A stretch of 64,000 nucleotides of DNA from Octopus sinensis (lineage: Eukaryota), in assembly GCF_006345805.1 (NCBI RefSeq), contig NC_043003.1, positions 11,160,001-11,224,000 of the forward strand. Direction: 5' to 3'. Positions 1 through 14,415 of the stretch are shown one piece after another. Under the pieces are notes generated by a model. The model was not told the DNA's origin and did no database searches. It saw only the letters and a list, made by a program, of their open reading frames with translations. The stretch's first letter is position 1. Each line of letters begins with the position of its first letter. A program made the position numbers and the translations under genes.

Positions 1-266
1 CACATTTGGTTGACTTTGCTCTTTCGCCATTCCAACAGCTAATAGAAAAAAAATATGTATTTATATATATATAGGGTACCAGTTATGTAATGGAGTCCAT
101 TTCATTGAGTACCTCTTAGGTCATTTTCATTCAAAGATATGGCTGTGTGGAAAGAAGTTTATTTCCCAACCACATGGCTTTGAGTTCAGTTGCAAGGTCT
201 TGTAAGTGGATTTTATGGATGGAAACTGAAAGAAGCTCATCAAATAAATAAATAAATATGTACATA

Positions 267-329
267 GATACATACACACACATATATACACACACACATA
301 CATACACACATACATACACACACATACAT

Positions 330-381
<52 letters not shown>

Positions 382-402
382 TCATACATACATATACACA
401 CA
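267..402. repeat. Compound (CA)/(TA) microsatellite
   Basis: Direct dinucleotide runs; they explain the YI/HT-repeat ORFs. Dozens of similar tracts occur through the window. Confidence 0.95.
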
Positions 403-482
403 CAGTAAAATGCCTTCAGAAGTTAAAATATGTGACAAACACATTTGAACTAACCCAAAGTTTACCTCTCAAAACTGCTTAG

Positions 483-531
<49 letters not shown>

Positions 532-584
532 CACTACTACTACTACTACTACCACCACCACCACCACCACTACCACTACTACTG

Positions 585-630
<46 letters not shown>

Positions 631-631
631 A
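483..631. repeat. (CTA/CCA)n trinucleotide microsatellite
   Basis: Long ctactacta run with cca interruptions. Confidence 0.95.
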
Positions 632-1552
632 TATATAGTGGGTTTCCACAGTTTCCATGTACCAAGTTCACTCACAAAGCATTGGTCAGCCTGTTGCTAC
701 AGTAGAAAACACTTGCCTATGTTGCCACACGGTGGGACTGAACCGGAAAACCACATCGTTGCAAAGCTAGCGCCAAGCCCATTGACTCATTTTTCCATAT
801 TATTATTATTATTTTCATATCTTGTCCCAAAGTAGCACAAACGCTAATGTTAGCAGCATCACAGTTCAATATTGACTCTTTGAGAAAATTGGTGAACAGA
901 CAGCGAAAATGTTCCAGCGAGACGATGAGTCAGAAGATTTGTTCCTGTCAAAATATTTGCTCAAATTATTCTATTTTTCTTGAACTCCCAAGTAAAATAT
1001 TTTTCTTATTTCATTTTCCCAAGTAAATAACAAAAATCAATATTTCAAACGAGTTCCAACATTAATTCTTTTTCCACATTATTGATTTCTTGAGTTTTAC
1101 CATTTCGATGAGAAGTTCTTGTTTGGCCGCGGTTGTCTTCACTGTAACATTTAATTATTATTTACTTTATTTACATTCGGTTGTCAGCACACAAAACAAT
1201 TTTGTGATATAAATTGATAGATAAGGTGCCTGGCAGTACCTGATAATTATTGTGATATCAGTCTATGCGCAACCTGATTAATAGTAACTTTATTTTCTGG
1301 CATATAAGTCGAATTTTTCAGTACAAAATTTACAGCCAAAAAAAAAACATAGGTCAACTTATACACTGAGAAAACTATCAAGGACCAAAAACTCCATGAA
1401 ATGCAGCAGGATTTGTAAAAATAGTGAGGATGTTTGAATGTTTATACTACGCGGTTACCCTATGTATTGTGTTGAATCAAAAGTGAGGTCTTCTGCTACA
1501 AGACAGTGCAAGACCTCACACCATTTGAATAACCTGGAATTAACTCCAGGTA

Positions 1553-1860
1553 CTAGTGTAGCTAGAGTGTGTGCTTTGTTGTTGTTGTTAAGCAACAAGA
1601 TGGGTAAGGGTGATTAGGTGATGGTCTAGGGCTTAGGGGCGGGAGACCCCAGACCTTGGAAAAAAAAACTTTAGTTGTCTTGTTGTAGTCAAGGGCTCTT
1701 CGTTGACGCTCAATACCACTGGAAGGTGGCCCTCGAACTCGCTGGAAATGGAGATCTCCAGGTCCAAATTCTTGAATGGCTAGAGTGTTTGCTGTTGGAG
1801 TGGCCCTTTCGTTTGCCACCCCTAGACCCCACAAAGAACATGTATTGCCTACAGCAACAG
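1553..1860 (-). mobile_element. Fragment of the ACTAGTGTAGCTAG-ended MITE family (see 26269-26447)
   Basis: Starts actagtgtagctagag; gagtggccct...gtttgccaccc...agaccccacaaa is the reverse complement of the 26.3-kb element's interior. Confidence 0.55.
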
Positions 1861-1934
1861 CCTACAAAAGGGTGAAAAGTTCCACCCCTTTAAAAGTACT
1901 GCCCCTACTGTCCTCTTCCTAACTATGTTAGTGA

Positions 1935-2277
1935 CTCCAGGAGCTTGAGGGAATCAAACTGATGCCACATCCAGCGTATAGTCTGGACCAAGCTCTCTTG
2001 GATTATCCCTTGGATTATCCATTCCTCACTTCCTTATCTTGTGATGCTTCATCAATGAAGAAGAAGTAGAAGCTTCAGTGAAGGAATTCTTTGCCTCAAA
2101 GAACAAGATCTGGTATCAGCATTGGATCAAAGAACTGGCAGAAAGGCAGCTTCGGATGGTGCAACATTATGGCCTCTACTTTAAATGCTAGGCTGCTTTT
2201 CTTGTAAGTTGATGAATAAAGCAACTAAGTCACCAAAATCTTGCAAAACTTTTGACTCAACTCAATACTACACTGAC
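1935..2277 (+). mobile_element. Degenerate mariner (Tc1/mariner) transposase C-terminus and right end
   Basis: Translates ELEGIKLMPHPAYSLDQALLDY (mariner HPPYSPDLAPxDY) then, after a frameshift, NEEEVEASVKEFFASKNKIWYQHWIKELAERQLRMVQHYGLYFKC*; followed by a TIR-like aaaacttttgactcaactcaata. Confidence 0.85.
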
Positions 2278-3530
2278 ATACAAGAAAATACAATTCTCAT
2301 TTGGCAATTACCATGTCCAAAATAAGGAAGGTTTTTTATCAAGATTTTAACCCTGTTGATGTCATTGGTCTCAGAGGGCCAGCAATAGCAATGAGTACAA
2401 CCCCTTCTTCTGGACTTTATCTCATGTGAGCCCCTGGGACACACAAGGATGAAACTTAACCTAGTTTTCATATTAGCATATTAGTGATAAAGATAACAAC
2501 ACTTCCTCTGTCTTGGACAGAACACTGGTCTGTTGCAGGGCTTCCCAGCTGTTGTTGGAAGTCATTTACAGATGAAAAGACTAAGCTTACAATGCAGTGT
2601 CCAGGAATTGAATCTGCAATCTTATGCATTGTGAGAGCAACACCCTGACCTTATGCATTCTCCCTACATCCAGAATAAAACCAAAACCAAGAGGAAAAGA
2701 TTATTTTGTGAACATTGGTGGTGCCCCAGTATGGCTGAAACAAATAAAAAAAATAAAATAAAGAATGGTTTTAATATTCTTATGAAACAAATTTTCAGTT
2801 CTCTGAGGTCTGTGAAGCTCTTGAAATTAAAAATAAAATATAAAATGAACACCACAACATCCTCTCCCTCTTCTTTGTAAATATGATCCTTGTACTTATG
2901 TCAGATATTAATATCAATTTATTAAAAATGGTAAAAAAATGGGAAGCTGACAGAATCGTTAGCATACCAGACAAAATACTTAGCAACAGTTTGTCGATCA
3001 TCTTTACATTCAAGATCTGCCAGGCTGACCTTACTTTTCCTCTTTTTGGGGTTGATGAAATAGGTAGCAATTTAGTACTGGGGTTGATATAATTGATTAG
3101 CACCCCCCCCCCACCTAAAATTTCAGGCTTTTGTACCTATAGGAGAAAGGATTGTTAACTATATAACGAGCTTGAGAAGATCTGTTGAGTCAAATAAAAT
3201 CAAACTCATAGGTGTGGCCAGTACCACCTGATTGGCATCTGTGTTAGTGGCACATAAAATGCACCATCCAAATGTGGTCAATGGCAGTGCCCCCTCACTG
3301 GCTCCTGTGTCAGTGGCAACCTGGCTTCTGTGCAGGTGGCACATAAAATGCACTATCTGCTTTTCGTTCCACTCTTTCGCAGTTGACAGAATAAATACCA
3401 ATTGATCAGCAGGGATTGATGTAATGGACTAGTCCCTACACTGCCCCAAAATTTCAGGCCTTGTGCCAATAGTTGAAAGAAAAAGAAATAAAATAAAATA
3501 TAAACTTATCTGAAAACACAAGAACACAAT

Positions 3531-3889
3531 GTTGATATACACTTCTAAGAGAACCAAGTCCAGACCCCACATTTATATTTAAATTTATCTGTAAAGACTA
3601 GGGGACAATGTTGATATACACTCCTAAGAGAACCAAGCCCAGGCCCCACATTTATATATAAATTTATCTGTAAAGACTAGGGGACAACGTTGATATAAAC
3701 TTCTATGAGAACCAAGTCCAGGCCCCACATTTATATATAAATTTATCTGGAAAGACTAGGGGACAACGTTGATATACATATCTAAGACAACCAAGTCCAG
3801 GCCCCACATTTATATACAAATTTATCTGTAAAGACTAGGGGACAAAGTTGATATACACTTCCAAGAGAACCAAGTCCAGGCCCCACATT
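3531..3889 (+). repeat. 79-bp tandem minisatellite, about 4.5 units
   Basis: gttgatata recurs at 3531, 3610, 3689, 3768 and 3847; unit includes gagaaccaagtccaggccccacattta...tttatctgtaaagactaggggacaa. Confidence 0.9.
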
Positions 3890-4512
3890 CCTTTTCTGAG
3901 TGCAAGCCATCTCTCTTCATTTATACTTTTGATAAAAATATGAAAGTCACATGACCACATTGATTATCTTGTATATACATATGTATATGCATATATATAT
4001 TTATAAAGCCTTGTGTCTATATAAGAAATCAATAGCAGCTAATACCAAAAAAAAAAAAAGAAAAAAGCAGGGGGAAACAGAAAAGAAAAGAAGGAAGAAG
4101 AATTATGAATGTAAGCATAAGAGAAGCAAAACAATATCGGTTTACGAGGAAATGGAATGGTAATTGCACCAGATAAGGAAGAAGAGGAGAACGTGAAGTT
4201 GTAAGATGCAGATTGTATTATGTACTAGTCATCATAAGGGTATCAGTTTAAATCAAGTTAGATAACATTATCAGATGAGAAGCATAAGGACATCAACCCT
4301 ATAGGAATGTTGCATTGTCGTTAAGTATGTAGCTTTGAGAATATCGGCTCAGAAGCTGCAAGGTATTATCAAAAAAAGAAAGAAATAACTGGAGGAGGTA
4401 ATCTTAATGTTAACGATAATGTCACACATAGGCCACAACATGCACAGGCTATATATATATATATAAGTATATATATATAATCAGTATATATATATATATA
4501 TATATTATCATA

Positions 4513-4546
<34 letters not shown>

Positions 4547-4685
4547 GTGTATATGTGTGTGTGTGTGTATGTATATACATACATATGTGTGTGTGTGCAT
4601 GTATATATTTATATTTATATATACACACATATATATACACAGACACATATATATGTGTATATATATATATATGTATGTATGTATG

Positions 4686-4719
<34 letters not shown>

Positions 4720-5904
4720 TGTATGTATGTATGTATGTATGTATGTATGTATGTATGTATGTATGTACACATCAAATGCAAAATGAGGTATGTATATTTA
4801 GTTTTTGTATTTTGTTTGCAAGATGCTTGATGTCAGTTCATTGAAACAAATTTTATAGTGTCTTGGGAGGGTCATTAGACCAATAATAATACACACATGC
4901 ACTGGTTCAATATCACTTCTTTACTGTTAGTCAGTTGGTTAAATATTCAACCAACCAAGTAATCAATTGTTTGTTTTAATGTACAGATTAAACAATCAGT
5001 TGGTTGTTAGTCAAAGTCCTTTCATCCCTTTTCACAACCCCTTCAAAGACTTGTCTGCTCCCTTCAAGGTCTGCCCTGAGTTTAATCAGCACATTAAACA
5101 ATCGATTGGTCAGTTGGTTAGTGGCTGGTCCCACACAAAACCAGCCAGTGCATTCAGTATATTAAAAACTAGAATTTTCTGCGTGTACCCTTAACATAGT
5201 TCTCAGGGAGCTTCAGCATGACACAGAGTGTGACAAGGCTGGCCCTTTTCGAATTACTGGTACAACTCATTTTCGCCAGGTGAATGGACTGGAGCAATGT
5301 GAAAATAAAGTCTTGCTTAAGGACACAACATGCTGCCGGGAAATGAACTCATGACCTTCTGTTCATGAGTTGGATTTCTTAACCACTAAGCCATGCACCT
5401 CAGTAAATGCACTTCAGTAAATATTTTTTACCATGTAAAAAAATCATATCTTGAAGGAGATCCTGTTTGATTGTTACAATATTTGTTTTGTCTACAGTAA
5501 ATGAAATTTGTTTTGTTCAGTTTACTATTATCATTATTATTTACTTTAAATTTGCATGTTTGTTACAGTCACTTGCCACTTTAGTTGAAGAATTCGATCC
5601 CAGGTCCTAGTACTTATTCTGTTGGTCTCTTTGCTGAACTGCTAAGTTACAAGGATGTAAACACAACAGTTGTCAAGTGATGGTGGTGTAACAAACACAG
5701 ACACACATACATATATATACGATGGGCTTCTTTCAGTTTCTGTCTACCAATCCACTGACAAGGCTTTGGTCGGCCCGAGGCTATAGTAGAAGACACTTGC
5801 GCAACGTTCAGTGGGACTGAAACCAGAACCATGTGGTTAGTAAGCAAGCTACTTTCCACACAGCTACTCCTGCACCTATTATCATTATTTTATTATTATT
5901 ATTA

Positions 5905-6432
5905 TGATTCTTCAGTAGTTTTATTTTTATAGCGTGCTTTCACTTCACTACCGAGCGCAGCTCTGTGTGCCTTGGGTATGTGCTGTGATTTGTTGTGATG
6001 CTCTGATGGTTATTGTATGGAAAGTGTTCTGCGTAGAATGTGTGCAGTGCCTAGTAGTGCAATTTTCTGTATGTTATATGTGTTTGTAAGTCCTGGTGTT
6101 TTTGTTATGTATTTGTCTGAATATTTTTTTATCATGCCTAATGCACCTACTATGATAGGAATTGTTTCTGTTTTCAGGTTCCACATTCTAGTTACCTCTA
6201 TTTCCAGGTCTTTGTATTTTGAGAGTTTCTCCATTTCTTTTAGAGACACGTTGTCATCTGCCGGTATTGATACATCAATTAGAAAGCATTTGTTTTTTCT
6301 TCATGATCTCTGACAACTATATCTGGTCTGTTGGCCTTAATTTCTCTATCTGTATGTATTGGCATATCCCAGAGTATGGTTGCTTTCTCGTTTTCTGTGA
6401 CCTTTTCTGGTGTGTGCCTATACCATCTTTTT
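5905..6432 (-). mobile_element. 3' end of a non-LTR retrotransposon with restriction-like endonuclease (R4/Dong-like)
   Basis: Minus strand: HTPEKVTENEKATILWDMPIHTDREIKANRPDIVV.../CFLIDVSIPADDNVSLKEMEKLSKYKDLEIEVTRMWNLKTETIPIIVGALG...LLGTAHILRRTL; PD..D and KxxKY motifs; one frameshift near 6295; (ATT)n on both flanks. Confidence 0.9.
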
Positions 6433-7049
6433 TCTGTTGTTATTCCATATTATTATTATTATTATTATTATCATCATTATTATCATTATTATTTTTGAGT
6501 GAGAGAGCAGTGCATGCCATCAAAGTGACCTGGGGTACAAATATATGAACCCAATATATCCATCATGTTACCCATCTGATAAGGGTACACCAGGCTCATG
6601 CATTAGAACCATATGTGCACGACATGGTGATCTCATATCAGGATAAACAACCTATGACCTTGCATGTAGGGCGCAGCTAGAATTTTCTTCAGGTCGAGTA
6701 GCCCATCCCGCCCAGAAGGTCCCTGAATAAGGGTTGTTTAAGGATGTTGAATGAAACACCCATGTTTCCAGAGGTAAATTATCCAAACCCTAAAAACTTC
6801 CTCTCAACACACGGCTATGAAGCTCCCTGACTACTACTGCTCATAATCAGGGATGCACATATCATTAGCCATGAAGGGACATGCTCAGCTGGTTACAGTC
6901 AAACAACTGACAAGCAAGTCTGAGGTATTGAGCTGAAATAATATTTGCTGTAGCCCATCTTTTATACCAAGACAAAACAATGTACATGATAACACTTCCA
7001 ATCAGTTAAGATCAGAAGCCATGAGAGCCACTGTCTGGTACTGTTGTTG

Positions 7050-7220
<171 letters not shown>

Positions 7221-7290
7221 TCGTAGCAAAGTATAGATGGAGAGATTAATAGTTATATAAATATATATATATATGTATGTATATGGGTAT

Positions 7291-7321
<31 letters not shown>

Positions 7322-7569
7322 ACACACACACACACACATATGCATCTTTCATATCTTTTTCATTAAGAGGAACAAATATAATTAATTGTTATTTATTTGT
7401 ATTTTTAGAGTAAACATCTCTCAATCAACATGGCTACATTGGTGGTAACGATTAGCAATGACAACAGGAATTATTTCAATATTGGCAATAATTAACCTGA
7501 TAACAACAATAATTCCTCCATTAATAGAAACACTGACAGCTACACCACGGGATGTCAGAAAGTTATTAC

Positions 7570-8240
7570 TCATCCTGCTAGAAATAGCAGCAAAAATCTC
7601 CTTCAGATTACAACATAAAATGTATGGAAAAGGAGATGATATAGTTTACAATAACTCTAAAGATATGTGAAAGTCATGTATGGAATGCCTTTGATCGTAG
7701 GTCTGCTCAATCAAGGATATCCCAGGTTGGCTAAACAACCAGTAGCATAGCTGGTGGAGGGGTAACAATGGGGAAGATCTGCCCTGAGTAATGCTTTCAT
7801 GGGTGTTAGCAATCTTGGCTCTGCTGTATAAGTTTGTATAGGCTTGGAGGTGTGGGGAGGTGAGGCAGCAAACTCAAGGCCTACCCTGGGTGGCACACTT
7901 GCAGCACTACTGTAAACAACAAAAACTATACATCAAACCAACAAATGAGCTTCTATGAGGCGGCTCGACCTGCTAGAAACTGCAGCCAAATTTTCTTCAA
8001 ATCACATGTTGGTGTTATTGGAATTGAATGAATGAACACACTAGTCTTACAGACAGCTAAACGGACAGGATAATCCTAAATGGGAAGCTTTTGATCATGG
8101 CTCTATATTCAATCGGGGGTTGTCCTGGGGCTAAACAACAACTGCCAAAAGTACTCTTACATCAAACTAATGAATGAGGTTTTACATGGCTGCTTGGCCT
8201 GCAAGAAATAGCAGCCAAAATCTCCTTCAAATTACACTCC
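7570..8240 (+). mobile_element. Cluster of fragments of one interspersed repeat (cctgctagaaatagcagccaaatctcc family)
   Basis: Motif recurs near 7575, 7970 and 8200, and again near 17040 and 41275. Confidence 0.6.
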
Positions 8241-8668
8241 TGTCATCATCATTGTCATTATCATTGACAGTCATCATCATCACTGTCATTATTGTCGTCG
8301 TCATCATCATCAGCGTTGTCATTGTCCTCATTGTCATCATCATCATCGTCATCATCATCACCATCATCGTCATCATCAACATCATCATTATCATCAATGT
8401 CATCATAATCATCATCATCATCCTCATCATCATTGTCATCATCACCATAATTTAATGTCTCTCTTCCATGCTGGCATGAGTTTGACAAGATCTGATGAAT
8501 TGCAGAACTACATCAAGAGCAAATATCTACTTTGGTATGGTTTCTAAGGCTGGTGCCCTTCCTAACACCAACCACTTCCCAGTGTGTACAGAGTACTTTT
8601 TTGTTTGACACTGGCTCTAATGTGGTCGCATGTAGCTTGCTTTGTCCCAGATGTTGAGAGGCTCTAGA

Positions 8669-8760
8669 GCAGCATTTCTCAACCGAGGTTCAATGGAACC
8701 CTAGGGTTTCACAAAAGGTTCCTAGGGGTTCCATGAGAAAGAGTGAGATTAGCTAATTGT
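8669..8760 (+). mobile_element. hAT (Charlie-like) left-end fragment
   Basis: cagcatttctcaacc...ggttcaatggaaccctagggtttc resembles hAT TIR and subterminal motifs; no partner TIR found. Confidence 0.4.
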
Positions 8761-10012
8761 AGTTTTTTTTTTTTAATTTGAATTAATACTATACCATTCA
8801 ATATGTTATACAAAATTCAAATTTTATATCTCTGAAGAGCAGAAGAGTTGTCTATAAATGCTTATCAATATAGGATTTCATTATTGGGACAACACTTCTG
8901 TGAAACGATCGTAAGATGCTTTAAATACTTAATTCAAAACTTTTAAACTGTCATATACATTATATATTTATACTTATACATATTTACAAATATTTTTATA
9001 TATATTTATATATTTTTAATACAACAATTATTTATTTTTCACACGTATATATCTTTCTGAGAAGTTTTCTGATATTGATTTCCTAATATTAATAATAAAT
9101 TTTTTTTTTTTTTAAATATATATATACAATTGCTTGTATTAAATATATAAATACTATAATAGTATTAATACTTTGATACAATAAAGTACTCAATATAAAT
9201 TCAGTATATAATATTCTCATTGAATATATTTAACTAAAGTTTTATATATATATATATATATATACACATACATGCACGTATGTCGGTATGCCTGTTGTCC
9301 CTTGGGAAGGTCAAATATGTCTGCATGGAAAATGGACGTTAAATGATAATGATGATGATGGTACCTACACAGACATGTTCGTATTATTAACATACTAATA
9401 AACACACATACACGTTAAACTTTACTATGCAGTAATAATTTCCATAACACGCACGCACACATGCGCATACACACACACATACACACACATATCTAGAAGG
9501 GCTACAAGTCTTGATAGAAATTCTGTCTGTGCCATTATATAACACAACTTTTACAAAGATCTCATGAGAAACATATCTGCAAATCTCTTCTCACACTGCC
9601 AAGACCAAAAGATTTCCTGCAAGTACCAAATTAATTAAAACAAAACCTTCAACGTCCACACGTGGCAAAGCAACTGAACATTCGACATATATATATGAGA
9701 CTACAGCAGAGATTTTACGTTTCTTGGCAACTTTTGGCAGTAAAACTTTTCATAAACAGTTCTCTGTTGCCCTCGACACATAAGGAGTTGTCCAAGTATG
9801 TTCTGGAATGATACTAAGAAAATGCCATTTGTTTTGGCTACTAGGTCTTTTACTCACCAGGGACCACTCCAGACATACATGTACATCATTATCATCATCA
9901 TCATCATTTAACGTCCGTTTTCCATGCTGGCATCGGTTGAATGGTTTGACTGAGGCCTGGGGAGCCAGTGACTGCACCAAGCTCCAATCTGATCATTCAT
10001 ATATATATATGT

Positions 10013-10066
<54 letters not shown>

Positions 10067-10124
10067 GGCACAATGGCCCAGTGGTTAGGGCAACGGACTC
10101 ACGGTCGGAGGATTGCAATCCAGG

Positions 10125-10800
10125 GACAGGAAATATCAACCAACTACCTGATGCACAAAAGGGATAGAGATGCAGAAAAAGCAGTAAAATGTGACAACCG
10201 ATGCAGACTTTGTGGAATTAGCACTGAAGATATCATCCACATCATAAGCAGTTGTCCAAAAATGTCATTACGGTATAATCTACCGATGAGACATGATGTT
10301 GTAGCTTGGACACTCTATAATGAAATCTGTTTGAAGGATAATCCCAATGACAAAGAAATAAGAAATGGTAGAGACCATAGCCACTCTCATAATAAAAAGG
10401 AATACTGGTGGAATGTCCCAGTGAAGACCTCAATAAAATATAAGCACAACAGACCTGATATAATGATTTGGTATAGAGAAGAGAAACTGTGCATTTGTGG
10501 AAATTAGCTGCCCAGCGGATGTTAACATAAAGCTGAAGATCAGTGAAAAAGAGAACACTTATGCTGAACTATTGAGAAATCTACCATACTACTCTACCCA
10601 TATTACATGTTCAGGTTTATACCTGTAATTATTGGGATGCGTAACATGCTGCCTAAATACCAATCTTGAGAAGTTAGGCTTCTCAAAACCAGAAAGAAGA
10701 AAGCTAATTCGAAGACTATGGATCCAATCATTCACTGGAACTGTAAAAATCTGTAAAACTTTCCAGAAGTTTATCATTTGAATATATATGAGCATGTCTA
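10125..10800 (+). mobile_element. Second, distinct RLE-type non-LTR retrotransposon 3' fragment (zinc knuckle plus endonuclease)
   Basis: CDNRCRLCGISTEDIIHIISSCPKM (CCHC knuckle), RHDVVA, WWNVPVKTSIKYKHNRPDIMIW (PD motif), then EKENTYAELLRNL; stops and frameshifts present. Confidence 0.85.
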
Positions 10801-11525
10801 GATATGCAACAATATATGCATGAGAATACATACATAAAGCAAAACATCCAAATCTGCACGCACACACACACACATATATATACATACATACATGCATACA
10901 TGCATACATACATACATACATACATACATACATACATACATACATACATACATACATACATACTCTGTTGTTGATGTTGAAATTCCAATGACGGTACCTT
11001 GGATCTAGGTTAGAAACCGGTTCTTTCACTATTGGCAAGAAATCTTGAAATAAAACTGAACAATAACATCTATCCATCCATACATACATACATACACACA
11101 CATACATGCATGAATACATACATACATATACAACAGGCTTCTTCTAGTTTCCACCTACCAAATCCAGCAAGGCCTCCGTTCACCCAGGACTATAATAAAA
11201 GACACTCTCCCAAGGTACCATGCTGTGAGATTGACCCCAAGACCACCTAGTTCAACATCAATCTTCTCCACCACAAAGCCACACCTGTATTTTTCTTGAA
11301 TGGTGTTCTTTTGCTCTACACACACCAACAGGTGGGTGAGTAAAATGTGTAATAAATACGTTTATATTTAGTCACTCTATGGTATGCCGTGAAGAATTGT
11401 CTGGTTTGGAGTAAGAGTTGGTTAATCTCAAGTCAATGGTATTTCTCATTGCCATTTGGATTAATGGCCACTTAAATATGGGCTGCAACACTGAGGAAGG
11501 ATTTAAGGGTGTATTTATACTATAC

Positions 11526-11566
<41 letters not shown>

Positions 11567-11581
11567 TACCATATCATATGC

Positions 11582-11612
<31 letters not shown>

Positions 11613-11641
11613 ATATACTGTATACATGTACCTATATCTAT

Positions 11642-11702
<61 letters not shown>

Positions 11703-12125
11703 CATATATATATATATATATATTATATACATACATATATCATATATTTGTACACACAAACACACACATATATATATTCATATATCATATAAATATTTGT
11801 AAACATATATATATTCACATACATATATATATTTATACACACATATATATGCATATACACATATGTGTGCATGTATATATATAAATATATATATAGATAT
11901 ACACATGCATGCATATGTAGCTATATCTAGCCATACACACATATAATTAAATTCTGTTCATAGAGTTACCAAAGATTTCATGTATATATATATGTGTGTG
12001 TGTATGTGTGTGTGTGTGTAAATATATACATATGTATATATATTTAGACACACACACACACATATATATATGCATATGTGTATATATGTGTGTATACATA
12101 CATACTCATATATAAACAAACAGAT

Positions 12126-12160
<35 letters not shown>

Positions 12161-12702
12161 TACATACATACATACATACATACATACATACATACATACA
12201 TACATACATACATACATACATACATACATACATACATACATGCATGCATACATACATACATACATACAGACATTGTATACATCAACCATCCTACATACTC
12301 CCAAGCTAAACATCATTTCATTTACATCAATTAAACTTCTCAGGAAATGCCAACAGAGAACAAGGCCATGTCCCTTCTTGAAAAACAAATCATGTCAATG
12401 CCTTTAGAAAAGAGGAAATGTTCATGGATTAGTGGTTAAAGTGTTACACTTATGATCTCCAGATTGTGGTTTCAATCCCCAAGCTGGGTGGCACAATGTG
12501 TTCCTTGAGCAAAACACTCCATTTCTTGTTCATCCAGTCCACTGTGCCGTTAATGAGTAACATGTAGCTCTGCAAAAGACTAGCATCCTCTCATGGGTAA
12601 ATGTTGTGGTCTTGACCAGTTAGTCACCATGGAAACCGGGGAACCAGCTGTGTGAGTCCTAAAACTTTAGATAGTTCTTATTTTGGTAAGAACCCTAATA
12701 CA

Positions 12703-13110
12703 TGCAGGCGTGGCTGTGTGGTAAGAAGTTAGCTTTCCAACCAAATGGTTCTGGGCTCAGTCCTACTGTGTGACGCCTTCTGCAAGTATCATCTACTACA
12801 TAGCCTCAGGCTGACCAAAACCTTGTGAGTGGATTTCATAGACAGAAACTGAAATAAGGTGGTGAGCTGGCAGAAACGTTAGCATGTCGGGTGAAATGCT
12901 TCGCAGTATTTCCTCTGCCGCTACGTTCAAAGTTCAAATTCTGCCGAGGTCAACTTTGCCTTTCATCCTTTCGGGAGTCGATTAAATAAGTACCAGTTAC
13001 ACACTGGGGTCGATATAATCGACTTAATCCGTTTCTGTCCTTGTTTGTCCTCTCTGTGTTTAGCCCCTTGTGGGCACTAAAGAAATAAGAAACAGAAAGA
13101 AGCCAGCATC
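12703..13110 (+). mobile_element. SINE family A copy interrupted by a SINE family B insertion (about 12855-13090)
   Basis: Family A head gcaggcgtggctgtgtggtaag...gaaactgaaa, then B element (aaggtggtgagctggcag...gccccttgtgggcactaaagaaataa), then gaaacagaaagaagcc resumes A. Confidence 0.8.
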
Positions 13111-13214
13111 CTGTCCAAGGAGGAGAAATCCTGTCCAAGCCAGAGAAATCAGTAAACTGACCCTTAAGCACCTCACGGAGACGTGTAGACTGACCGTTAT
13201 TTTGCTCTGTGTTC

Positions 13215-14115
13215 AAGAAGAGACTGATTCTTATCTCCGTGTCTCTCTCTATTTCTTTCTCTCTCTCTCTTACTCTTTCTCTTTTATTATTTGTCCTTCA
13301 CTGTCTCTCATTCTTTCTCTTTCTCTCTCTCTTCCCTTCTCTCTCTTTCACTCCCTCTCTCTCACCCTCATTTTCTCTCTATCACCCTCTTTCATTCTTA
13401 CTCTTCCCGTGTTCCTTTCCTTTCTATATTTGTCTTTCACTATCTCTCCCTTTCCTCCCCTTCTCTCTCTCCCTCCTTTCTCTCTCACCCTCTCTCCACG
13501 TTTTCCTGCTTATCTCTCTCTCTCTCTCAGTTTTATTTCTCTGTAGTTCAGAAAGACATATAAATGCTCACTTACACACACACACGCACACACAAGCATA
13601 GATACACTCAAACACACACACATATGCAGACCCATACACACACATGCCCACATATAGACACACACACACACAAACACGTGCCCACACACACACACACACA
13701 CAAACACGTGCCCACACACACACACATGCAGACCCACACACACATGGAAACACAAATGAATGCACACACACACACACAAACACCCACACACACACAAACA
13801 CACAGATACACCCACATACAAACATACTTGTACTCAAACACACACAAACACCCACACACACACACACACAAACACATGCACACATACATACACAAACTCA
13901 CAGATACACCCACATACAAACATATGTACTCAAACACACACTCACATGCAGACCCATCCATACACACATGTCCACATGCAAACACCCACCCACAAACACA
14001 CGCGCACACACACACACACACATGCAGACCTATCCAAACTCATATTCCCACATACACACACATAAACACAGATACACCCATGCAGACCCATCCATCCACA
14101 CATGCCCACATATAG

Positions 14116-14150
<35 letters not shown>

Positions 14151-14310
14151 TGCACACATACACACACACAAACACGTGCCCACACACACACACATGCTGA
14201 CCCCTCCACACACACATGCTCACACACAAACACACACACACACACAAACACATACACACACAAACAAACAAACAAACACAAACCCACATAAAAAATAAAA
14301 AGGTTTTCCA
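13215..14310. repeat. (CT)-rich then (CA)-rich degenerate low-complexity and minisatellite block
   Basis: Explains all HT/CV-repeat ORFs at 13.0-14.4 kb. Confidence 0.9.
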
Positions 14311-14320
14311 AACAAACAAG

Positions 14321-14415
14321 TATATCTCCAAAATATTTCCAAAATATCTCCTAAATATTTCCAAAATATCTCCAAAATATTTCCAAAATATTTCCGAAAA
14401 TATTTCCAAAATTTT
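14321..14415 (+). repeat. 11-bp tandem repeat (AAAATAT[C/T]TCC), about 8 units
   Basis: aaaatatttcc and aaaatatctcc units in tandem. Confidence 0.85.

Noticed and set aside
830-1375. BTB-like peptide (VAQTLMLAASQFNIDSLRKL) and pogo-like TIR fragments near 1295-1370
   Set aside because: No splice context and only weak similarity; cannot separate from chance or a decayed transposon.
3531-3889. CRISPR-like regular array
   Set aside because: Whole units are repeated with no unique spacers, and the context is eukaryotic.
9555-9890. Minus-strand GTGAGT...TTGCAG 240-nt intron with flanking exons
   Set aside because: All joined frames end within about 25 codons, and the upstream part runs into an RTE-tail repeat.
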